Part shown: one piece after another, positions 36,631 to 44,404 of the stretch
Layout of the letters: every line of letters begins with the position of its first letter
Position numbering within the stretch: position 1 is the first letter of the stretch
Source of the DNA: Patescibacteria group bacterium
GTDB taxonomy: Bacteria > Patescibacteriota > Microgenomatia > UBA8517
Reading direction: 5' to 3'
Assembly (NCBI GenBank): GCA_035291665.1
Contig: DATDRP010000006.1
Coordinates: 9,786 to 73,785 of the forward strand
DNA: 64,000 nucleotides
Made by a program: the position numbers and the translations under genes
Notes under the pieces: model-generated
The model's database searches: none
What the model was told of the DNA's origin: nothing
The model's input: only the letters and a program-made list of their open reading frames with translations

Positions 36631-37728
36631 CTACTTCGTGGCTGAAGTGGTAATTATCTTGTGCTTACGGATCAGATAAAAAAGGATAATTACAGAAATA
36701 ATGTAGTGTGAAGATAAGATAGCGGTAAATATATTAATTTTTTCTTGATGCAAAAACGGGAATTCAATCCACCAAAAAAGATAAGCAGATATAAGAAAAA
36801 TCCTACCCGCAATAGACTTGCCAACCTTTTTGAATACTACGACAAAAACAGGAAATAGAGCAGCAAAATAGTGTTGCCATGCAATAGGCGAAAGGATTAT
36901 GGACGCCAGGATCCCCAGCAAAACATTCCCGGATTTATATATAAGAAATATGATTACCAGAAACAAGATGATATAAATTGATGTTGAGAACTCCCCCACC
37001 CCCAAAACATTTAGTCTTGCCGGAATCGATTGATTGTAATAATCCGTGCTTTCACTTTTTGAAATTTTTGGGAGCAAGTTATTCTGAATATTTCTGATGT
37101 AGTAAGAATAAAAAGAAGGTTTAACGACAGGAAACAAAATTACAATAAGAAAGACAGAAGTAATAACGGTTTTAAAAACCAATTTAATATTACTTTTTAC
37201 AAAAGATACTAAGGCGATAAGGTAATTAGTTTTTATAATTGTTGCTAAGCTAAGAATAATATTCAAATATTTATTTTTTGGATAACAGATTAATAAAGCT
37301 AGTAAGCATCCGATGACTAAATTCGGCTGTCCAATTTCGATTGAAAACCTGATTGGAAAGCTTGAGAAAAAAACCATAAACATTATTAAAAAAGCTAAAA
37401 GCCTATTTTTTGGAAATAATTTACTCGATAAGATAACCAGAGTTAATATACCGAATGATATGTTTATTATGCTAAAAACACTTCTGGCAATCGTTAGCGG
37501 TAGGAATGAAAAAGGATAAAAAAATATATATACTGATGGCGGACCGAGTGAAGTCATATAATTTACCGTATAAGGATTAACACCCAATTTGATGTCATTT
37601 GTAAGTCTAAAGTAAGTATCAAAATCCAATAGTGTATTTTTCCCTAACACAATTGGTAAAAAGTGTCTTAATTTTATAAGAAGTACGCTGTTAAGTACGA
37701 GAAGAGTCCAAAACAAAATCTTTTTCAT
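36631..37728 (-). CDS. polytopic membrane protein, possible GT-C type glycosyltransferase (DUF2029/GT87-like)
   Basis: 365 aa with about 10 TM and no soluble domain. The assignment is by topology only. Confidence 0.3.
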   Translation of the reverse strand: MKKILFWTLLVLNSVLLIKLRHFLPIVLGKNTLLDFDTYFRLTNDIKLGVNPYTVNYMTSLGPPSVYIFFYPFSFLPLTIARSVFSIINISFGILTLVILSSKLFPKNRLLAFLIMFMVFFSSFPIRFSIEIGQPNLVIGCLLALLICYPKNKYLNIILSLATIIKTNYLIALVSFVKSNIKLVFKTVITSVFLIVILFPVVKPSFYSYYIRNIQNNLLPKISKSESTDYYNQSIPARLNVLGVGEFSTSIYIILFLVIIFLIYKSGNVLLGILASIILSPIAWQHYFAALFPVFVVVFKKVGKSIAGRIFLISAYLFWWIEFPFLHQEKINIFTAILSSHYIISVIILFYLIRKHKIITTSATK

Positions 37729-37798
37729 GAATTAATTGTATTTTAAGTATATATAATCAAGCGGCTGCTTACTTGTTGTGAAGGTTCCGATATAGGGA

Positions 37799-38149
37799 TT
37801 ATTTAATAATTTTTTTTATTTTTTCAGCCCATTCTTCAGCCCATTGATCAACCCCGACTTTTAGGAGAGCGTTTCTAAAGCCTTTTTTAATCATCATCCC
37901 GGATACTGATGAGATTGTAGCACTCGACACTTTGATATTGGTCTTGATATTTTCGTATGACCGTTCATTTTTAAGATAGTATGCAATTGCCAGTCTTTTC
38001 ATGAAGGTATCATATTCAGATTCTGTAAAAAAATCGTGCAAAAATTCATCGGCTTCCTCTAAAGTTCTGATATCCGCAATTAATTGGGCAAAAGAAGAAT
38101 TCAGTTGCTTTGCCAATGTTGGATTAATTCTTTTACTGGACACTCTCAT
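37799..38149 (-). CDS. TrpR-like YerC/YecD family DNA-binding protein
   Basis: 116 aa. ...EADEFLHDFFTESEYDTFMKRLAIAYYL...SYENIKTNIKVSSATISSVS matches the YerC/YecD pattern (LxTPxExxxLxxRxxxAxxLL...ISxxTGVSxATIxR). Confidence 0.55.
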   Translation of the reverse strand: MRVSSKRINPTLAKQLNSSFAQLIADIRTLEEADEFLHDFFTESEYDTFMKRLAIAYYLKNERSYENIKTNIKVSSATISSVSGMMIKKGFRNALLKVGVDQWAEEWAEKIKKIIK

Positions 38150-38217
38150 GTTTAATTAAATGAATTATGATACTTCATTTAATTTGCAGTATAACACTGT
38201 TTTGTTGAATTACAACT

Positions 38218-38568
38218 TCAGCTGTTGCGTCTCAGGATGTATATCTCAGCGGTTATTGCTATTCCAGCAAGAAGAAAAAAATTAACCAAATGTCCAAGTT
38301 CAAAATAACGAAGTACCAAAAATATTAATAAAACAATCGCTCCCAATAGTCCTCTTCTAGTGTTGGCAAAAACGATAGATAGTGTAAAAAATATAGCAAA
38401 AAAAATATTTATAAAAAACAAAAAGATTGCCCAAGTAGCAAAAGGATCCACCCAGTAAATAATTGAAAAAACACCTAACCACAAAAGGAGGGTGACTATT
38501 AGCGTCGGGAGAAAGTTTTTCCTCAGCTTAACTTCCGTTTTACGGTGTTTGATCTTCCCGTTCATCAA
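38218..38568 (-). CDS. small membrane protein (116 aa)
   Basis: 3 TM with no motif recognised. Confidence 0.35.
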   Translation of the reverse strand: MMNGKIKHRKTEVKLRKNFLPTLIVTLLLWLGVFSIIYWVDPFATWAIFLFFINIFFAIFFTLSIVFANTRRGLLGAIVLLIFLVLRYFELGHLVNFFLLAGIAITAEIYILRRNS

Positions 38569-38677
38569 AATATACTCCTCTAACTTGAATTCACATTCTT
38601 ATGTTAGAGATTATATATACAAAATTCTATTTACAATAAGCAAATTGAAGTATTTTGAACGCTGTATAATATATCTA

Positions 38678-39634
38678 ATGGAAAATTACCTTTTAATAGC
38701 AATATTAATTGTGGGTTTTGGACTGGTTATTTATTTTATTAATAAAAAACTTACCGAACTTGCTGAAAAACAAAAACCCTCGAGTGACCTACTGGAGTAT
38801 CTGAGAAGTACAAATACACGTCTTGACCAGCAGGGTCAGGCATTCAACCAGAGGCTTGATAACGCTGCGAAAGTGATCGGCGATGTGCAGAAAAACATAG
38901 GCGAGATGAGTGAAATCGGCCGTGGCATGAAGGAGCTGCAGGAATTTTTGAAAAGCCCAAAACTTAGGGGAAATATCGGGGAGCAGGTTCTCAACGAACT
39001 ATTAACGCAAATGCTACCCAAAGCTTCGTTCAATCTTCAATACACTTTCAGGTCAGGTGATAAAGTTGACGCAGCAATAAAAACATCGGCAGGCATCATC
39101 CCAGTTGACTCTAAATTTCCAATGGAGAACTACAGAAAACAGGCGGCCAGTAAGAGTGACGAGGAACGATTACATGCACTACGGGATTTTGAAAGCGATG
39201 TCAAAAAACACGTTGACGATATTAGCAGGAAATATATCCTAACCAACGAGGGGACAATCGATTATGCTCTTATGTATGTCCCAAGCGAAGCGGTTTATTA
39301 TGAAATAGTAAACAATCCCAAGCTTTTTGAATATGCAGGAGGCAAACGCGTACTCCCCGTCTCCCCCACTACTTTTTATGCATATCTGAAAGCAATTTTA
39401 ATGAGCTTTGAAGGTCAAAAAATTGAAAGTCAGGCAAAAGAAATTTTGGCGAGTCTCCGGGCAGTCCAGAAAGACTATGAAAAAGTAAGCGGAAGTTTGG
39501 ATGTTTTACAAAAACATATGACGAATGCTTATAACATGATGGGAAATGTTGTGAATGTTTTTTCGCAACTGGGACAAAAAATATCTTCAGCCAGATCGCT
39601 TTCTCCTAGCAAAAAAGATGAGATAGAGGTTTGA
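38678..39634 (+). CDS. rmuC: DNA recombination protein RmuC
   Basis: N-terminal TM, long coiled coil, and the RmuC core (NIGEQVLNELLTQMLP...VDAAIKTSAGIIPVDSKFPMENY...LMYVPSEAVYYE). The start is set at Met 38678 (MENYLLIAIL) because the track ORF start at 38492 overlaps the upstream minus-strand gene. Confidence 0.8.
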   Translation: MENYLLIAILIVGFGLVIYFINKKLTELAEKQKPSSDLLEYLRSTNTRLDQQGQAFNQRLDNAAKVIGDVQKNIGEMSEIGRGMKELQEFLKSPKLRGNIGEQVLNELLTQMLPKASFNLQYTFRSGDKVDAAIKTSAGIIPVDSKFPMENYRKQAASKSDEERLHALRDFESDVKKHVDDISRKYILTNEGTIDYALMYVPSEAVYYEIVNNPKLFEYAGGKRVLPVSPTTFYAYLKAILMSFEGQKIESQAKEILASLRAVQKDYEKVSGSLDVLQKHMTNAYNMMGNVVNVFSQLGQKISSARSLSPSKKDEIEV

Positions 39635-39783
39635 GACCCATTGGATTTGACGTGTTCAACATTCTTCTTTAATCTATTAGATAGATTCAATATAGAATGT
39701 TTGGAATTATACTAATTGGGAATAGGAGTTTGTTTAGAAATTAGTAATTAGATATTAGAAATTTTCCGAAAGGAGGTGAGATT

Positions 39784-40350
39784 ATGCTATCAAAAGTAGT
39801 TGAAGAGATTTCAGATACAATTACGGCAGCAATTAAGGGAGCTGATGACATTTTAACTTCGCTTCGAACAGCAGTCAAAAATCAAGTTGGCGGTTCTTTG
39901 AAAGATGTTGGAGAACTAACAGGTACAACAATGGGTGTTGTTTCCGATACCGTTGCGGCGGCTCTTAAAAGCGCATCAACGATGGGAACTTCGGTTGTAG
40001 ACGCAACGAAACAGGCAGTAATGGGAGCGGTTAGTGCAGTTGCAGATGCGGGAGGAAGTGTTGTTGATGCTGTTAATACCTCAGTATCAGGAGCTGTAAA
40101 AGCTGCAGGTGATGTCGGAGGTGATGTTGGTAAAATAGCTGTATCAGCTGTAGAAGGAGCGATTGATTCTGTTGGAAAGCTTGGAAAAGACACATCTGAA
40201 GCAGCTGGAGCTGCAGTTATGTCTGCACTTAAAGCTGCGGAAGGAATCGGGGATGAATCAGCAAGGACTGTTCGTCAAGCATTAATGTCTGCAGCATCTC
40301 TTCCAAGGGATGTTGTTGAAAGAGTATTGAAGGGAAGCAAAGACGCGTAA
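39784..40350 (+). CDS. Ala/Gly/Val-rich tandem-repeat protein (about 22-residue VVDAxxxxVxGAVxAxxDxGGx units), unknown function
   Basis: 188 aa with AAGGAGGTGAG 5 nt upstream of ATG. Repeats read directly: VVSDTVAAALKSASTMGTS / VVDATKQAVMGAVSAVADAGGS / VVDAVNTSVSGAVKAAGDVGGD / VGKIAVSAVEGAIDSVGKLGKD. Confidence 0.55.
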   Translation: MLSKVVEEISDTITAAIKGADDILTSLRTAVKNQVGGSLKDVGELTGTTMGVVSDTVAAALKSASTMGTSVVDATKQAVMGAVSAVADAGGSVVDAVNTSVSGAVKAAGDVGGDVGKIAVSAVEGAIDSVGKLGKDTSEAAGAAVMSALKAAEGIGDESARTVRQALMSAASLPRDVVERVLKGSKDA

Positions 40351-40357
40351 ATTTAGA

Positions 40358-40771
40358 TTATATTTTAATCGTTTGGATTTGTTTAACGCTGATCCAGGCT
40401 GACATAGCGCCATATCCTTTTTTATTTATATTGAAAGGTTTAGTTTTTTGCGGAGACTTAAGATATATTAGTAAACAATATTTTGCGTTTCTTACCCTAT
40501 TGTAAACACTCTCATAATCAGTTATTGCAATTCCGTCAGAATGGCCGAACTTTGTCAGAATATTTTTGATTTCAATTGCGTTCAGGTTTTCAATTTCAAT
40601 AACTTTGGAAACTTTTGCTTTTGCTGAAATAGAACCTCCTGAATTTTTAAAGTAAATAGTGTCGCCCTTTTTTACTCTTCCCCAGGGAATTGATTTTCGT
40701 ACACTCCAGCGCGATTCGATTTTTTTCTCTCCGGAGATAATCTTGGGAATCATTCCCCATGATTTTTTCAT
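40358..40771 (-). CDS. ASCH-domain protein (RNA-binding PUA-like fold)
   Basis: MKKSWGMIPKIISGEKKIESRWS...KGDTIYF is the ASCH N-terminal signature. The start is set at Met 40771; the longer track N-terminus would be encoded by repeat-derived DNA. Confidence 0.5.
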   Translation of the reverse strand: MKKSWGMIPKIISGEKKIESRWSVRKSIPWGRVKKGDTIYFKNSGGSISAKAKVSKVIEIENLNAIEIKNILTKFGHSDGIAITDYESVYNRVRNAKYCLLIYLKSPQKTKPFNINKKGYGAMSAWISVKQIQTIKI

Positions 40772-40789
40772 AATTGCGACATGTGTAGT

Positions 40790-40980
40790 CATGAAGCAAT
40801 TATATGAAGCTCCACTGGCTGACGCCACTGGTAACATCTGCTCTAGCTTCGCCTGCCTACCGGCAAGGCAGGTTCATCCACTAGCTTATGGTTCGACAAC
40901 GCTTACCATCCTGAGTATGTCGAAGGATGCTCATGGTTTTATGCGAAGGAGGATGGAGGAGTGCTAAGTTAGAATGTAGT
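40790..40980. repeat. degenerate member of the palindromic element family in a divergent intergenic gap
   Basis: ccactgg...ccactgg, gcctgcctaccggcaaggcagg (compare gcctgccggcaggc at 39-52), catcctgagtatgtcgaaggatg (compare catcctcc...ggaggatg), and gaaggaggatggaggag. Confidence 0.45.
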
Positions 40981-41067
40981 AGGAAATGCTGAATGGGTTC
41001 TTTTTATTAAACTCACTCAGAGAAAGTGATAAGCTTATTATAGGAGTGATAACGCCTATAACTAAGT

Positions 41068-44000
41068 ATGGTTTGTTTAAAGCAATTGTATATAAATTAC
41101 CGACTCGATTCTAGAGAAAATAAAGTTGTCCAGCAAAAATTCCGTGTGAATTTACTTCTTTCTTTTATTTTCGCTTTTTTTATGTTCTTAGTTTACCCAA
41201 CTTCAACTTTAGCAACAAACTACTATGTGGATGCTACAAATGGTGATGACAATGATAACGGTACTTCAACCGATACTCCCTGGCAGACGATCAATAAAGT
41301 AAACATTTCGAGTTTCAGTGCAGGGGACCAGATTCTGTTTAAGAAAGGCGAAATATGGAGAGAACAATTGACGGTTCCTTCAAGCGGTACTGCCGGAAAT
41401 CCAATTGTCTTTGGGGCTTACAGTAGCGGGGTAAACCCGATTATTAATGGTTCAGACGTTGTATCTTCATGGACTGCAGACATTGCCAGTTATCAAACAA
41501 CTTTTGATATGGATGGATGGGGTTGCTGGGGTAACTACAGTACGGCTTCAGATGCAAGTGGGGTGACTTATAGGACTTCATTTCTTCAATCTGCTTTTTC
41601 CGGTTCTTCTATAAGAATTACTGTTAAAGCGGCAGCGGGTGGAAGCGTAACAATTGATAATTCTTCAGTGTGCATAGCAAATGGTGGGTGGAATGATTGC
41701 GACTCTACACCTACGAGAATTACATGGGATGGGGGAAATAATAGTGCGACAATTTCAGCAGGAGCTTCCAAAACGAGCGACCCAATTACTTTCTCTTGGA
41801 GCACCTCTAATATTAATGCTGTCAGTGTTTATGTTTCCTCTGGCAGTTTAGTTGGATATTATAGTACCGTTCCTGCTTATCTATATAGATATACCTACAC
41901 TGGGGATGTCGCTTTGAATCAGAATATGTTGGGTGATGAAAATCAGATAAATGATAGCGAGATTTTGAAAGTTGAAACATCTACAGGTTTAGCTAATGTT
42001 TGGAATGCGACGGTTGCAGATACACCAAATCAGGTTTTCAAAGACGGAGTGCTTGCCACAAAAGGAGCCTCCAAGGCCGCTTTAACACAAAGTCAATGGT
42101 ATGCTTCAGGGACAACTCTTTCTTATTATGAAAGTGCCGGTAATCCCGGCAGTCAGGCTTACGCGATAGAAGCTTCTACAAGAGATTATGGAATTTATTT
42201 CAACGGTCAAAATAAGATTACGGTAGATGGATTGACAGTAACAAAAGCCAATTTGTACGGGATAAATATTGGACACGATTCAAGCCACACCTTAGACAAC
42301 GCAATTGTTCAAAATTCACTCGTCCAATACAGTTATGACGCCGGTATTTTTTCTTGGGTCCCAACATCTTTAAACGGGTCTTTGGCAGCAACAATCCTGA
42401 ATAATGAAGTATCTTATAATGCGATCCAAGATGGAATAGACGGCGGAAACGCGCCTACTGGTATAGAAATACTCGGCTCTAACTCAACCGGACCTACGCT
42501 AGTTCAGGGAAATAATATCCACCACAACTATTGGGGAATGGAATTTGACCAGAATTCCGATCATTCGACTGCGCAATACAACAGTATTCACGATAATAAT
42601 AAGATGGGGATGAATATCGACAATTCGGATAACAACACGTTCCAATATAATCTGGTCTATAATCACCCTGTCAGTTGGGGGTTGAGAATATGGGATGCCG
42701 CTGCGAATGGGATGACGGGCAATGTTGTCTATAATAATGTCTTTTATGGCAATTCTATCGGCATCATTGTTGAGAACGAACAAACAAACCTGAAAATAAA
42801 AAATAATATTCTCCTTGCTAACACCGCCAACACAAGTACCAGCGAGATAACCCTTGAAAGTGGCCATACATATACCGGACTTGATATTGACTACAATTCT
42901 TATTATCGTGAATCCGGAACAACTTACTGGAAGTATGGGGCTACAAATTATTCTTTTACGGACTGGAAAACTAATTCAGGTCAAGATGCTAATTCCGTAA
43001 ATTCTGACCCGTTATTTACCGACGCTACCGGATATGATTTTACATTACAATCCGTTTCTCCCGTCATTAATAGTGGAACTGATGTCAGTTTAACAACTGA
43101 TTATGCAGGAACAATCGTACCACAGGGTACTACACCTGACATTGGAGCATATGAATTTTCACTGCCCTCTAGCGCTTCTTCTTTGTTACAGTATCAGTCT
43201 GATGGAACAAGTTCGATTTCCACCGGTGGAAAACTCGGGAGTGGCTCAACCGTTGTCCTTAAATCTAGCATGTCATCTGCCAATAGTTCAGACTCGTTAA
43301 CACCGCAGTTTGAGGTCAGACCGGTTGGAACTGCTTTTTCCAATAGTGCTACCCATTTAGGCAATGCAATTTCATATTCAGGAACTTCTGTTATAGGAAA
43401 CGTCACTGTTTCCGGACTTGGAGCAGGAAATTATCATTGGCAAGCTAGAGTAGATAATCCCGCCGGCCAATCTTCCTGGGTATCATACGGAGGAAATTCG
43501 GAAGATGCAACCGATTTTTCGATTGATTATTCAATTGCTTCTCCAGCACCTTGTAACGATTCTGCTCCCACATCTGCACCCTGGCTTTACGCGGCTACTG
43601 TAAAAGGAAAGGATGCTATTTTACTTCAGTTTACTCAGGCTAAAGACCCAGTTAGTGAATATGTTGTGGAATACGGGGAAGAGTCAGGAAAATATGTATA
43701 CGCCATGGCAGACATAGGCGGAAAAGGCACTACTTCATACACTGTAGGTTATTTACAACCTAACAAAATTTTTTATTTCAGAGTTCGAGCAGGGAACGGG
43801 TGTGCAACAGGTCTTTGGTCAAACGAGATATCAGCTAAAACTCTTTCCGGTTCTTCCACTGCATCTAATGATGAAGGATTAGAAACTGAAATTATTGAAA
43901 CTGAAATTAGGGAAAGAGAAGTAGAGGAAAGTAACGAAGAAATTAAAAAAGAAGAGCAACCGGAAGTTTTGGGGGTTGATGTGAGATTAAAAGTTGTTAA

Positions 44001-44337
44001 CGAAGAAAAAGAACCTATAAAAGGAGCGAAAGTAACACTATATTCAGAACCTAGGGAAGTAACAACAAACAAAGACGGCATTTCATTATTTGAAAATGTA
44101 GAACCAGGAGACCATAAAGTTGTCATTGCCTACAACGGTCAAACCGGAGAACAGAATATAAACATCCAAGATGATTCAGGTATCGAGGAAGTAGATTTTA
44201 CAATTCAGCTTAACACAACCTCCCCTTTTAAAGATTCTAAGGTAATTGCGGTGGTATCTTTCTTGGTTCTGGTGGTAATAGTATTGGTGATACTGTTTGC
44301 AAAAAAATCTTCAAATAAAAAACCTGCCAAGTTATAA
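41068..44337 (+). CDS. large cell-surface protein: signal peptide, right-handed parallel beta-helix (PbH1) repeats, FN3-like domain, acidic linker, CarboxypepD_reg-like domain, C-terminal TM anchor
   Basis: 1089 aa. PbH1-type repeats (NNIHHNYWGMEFDQNSDHSTAQYNSIHDNNKMGMNIDNSDNNTFQYNLVYNH), an FN3-like domain (YVVEYGEESGKYVYAMADIGGKGTTSYTVGYLQPNKIFYFRVRAGN), VTLYSEPREVTTNKDGISLFENVEPGDHKVV, and terminal VIAVVSFLVLVVIVLVILFAKK. Confidence 0.6.
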   Translation: MVCLKQLYINYRLDSRENKVVQQKFRVNLLLSFIFAFFMFLVYPTSTLATNYYVDATNGDDNDNGTSTDTPWQTINKVNISSFSAGDQILFKKGEIWREQLTVPSSGTAGNPIVFGAYSSGVNPIINGSDVVSSWTADIASYQTTFDMDGWGCWGNYSTASDASGVTYRTSFLQSAFSGSSIRITVKAAAGGSVTIDNSSVCIANGGWNDCDSTPTRITWDGGNNSATISAGASKTSDPITFSWSTSNINAVSVYVSSGSLVGYYSTVPAYLYRYTYTGDVALNQNMLGDENQINDSEILKVETSTGLANVWNATVADTPNQVFKDGVLATKGASKAALTQSQWYASGTTLSYYESAGNPGSQAYAIEASTRDYGIYFNGQNKITVDGLTVTKANLYGINIGHDSSHTLDNAIVQNSLVQYSYDAGIFSWVPTSLNGSLAATILNNEVSYNAIQDGIDGGNAPTGIEILGSNSTGPTLVQGNNIHHNYWGMEFDQNSDHSTAQYNSIHDNNKMGMNIDNSDNNTFQYNLVYNHPVSWGLRIWDAAANGMTGNVVYNNVFYGNSIGIIVENEQTNLKIKNNILLANTANTSTSEITLESGHTYTGLDIDYNSYYRESGTTYWKYGATNYSFTDWKTNSGQDANSVNSDPLFTDATGYDFTLQSVSPVINSGTDVSLTTDYAGTIVPQGTTPDIGAYEFSLPSSASSLLQYQSDGTSSISTGGKLGSGSTVVLKSSMSSANSSDSLTPQFEVRPVGTAFSNSATHLGNAISYSGTSVIGNVTVSGLGAGNYHWQARVDNPAGQSSWVSYGGNSEDATDFSIDYSIASPAPCNDSAPTSAPWLYAATVKGKDAILLQFTQAKDPVSEYVVEYGEESGKYVYAMADIGGKGTTSYTVGYLQPNKIFYFRVRAGNGCATGLWSNEISAKTLSGSSTASNDEGLETEIIETEIREREVEESNEEIKKEEQPEVLGVDVRLKVVNEEKEPIKGAKVTLYSEPREVTTNKDGISLFENVEPGDHKVVIAYNGQTGEQNINIQDDSGIEEVDFTIQLNTTSPFKDSKVIAVVSFLVLVVIVLVILFAKKSSNKKPAKL

Positions 44338-44404
44338 GATATAAGGGGATATTCCCCCAACAGGAGAATACTCTAACACGATCCATAAATATATTATATC
44401 TTTA

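Noticed and set aside
38492-38677. The N-terminal 62 codons of the track ORF for rmuC
   Set aside because: This extension overlaps the upstream minus-strand gene. The RmuC TM anchor begins at MENYLLIAIL (38678), which is the plausible start.
40659-40967. 102-aa plus-strand ORF in the 40.8-41.0 kb gap
   Set aside because: Its sequence is made of degenerate palindromic-repeat DNA and overlaps the ASCH gene start. I also considered a structured ncRNA here (tmRNA, SRP or RNase P) and found none of their conserved motifs (no GGUUCGAAUCC-CCA tmRNA tail, no AGGUCCGGAAGGAAGCAGCC SRP motif, no AGGAAAGUCCGGGCUCC P-RNA motif).
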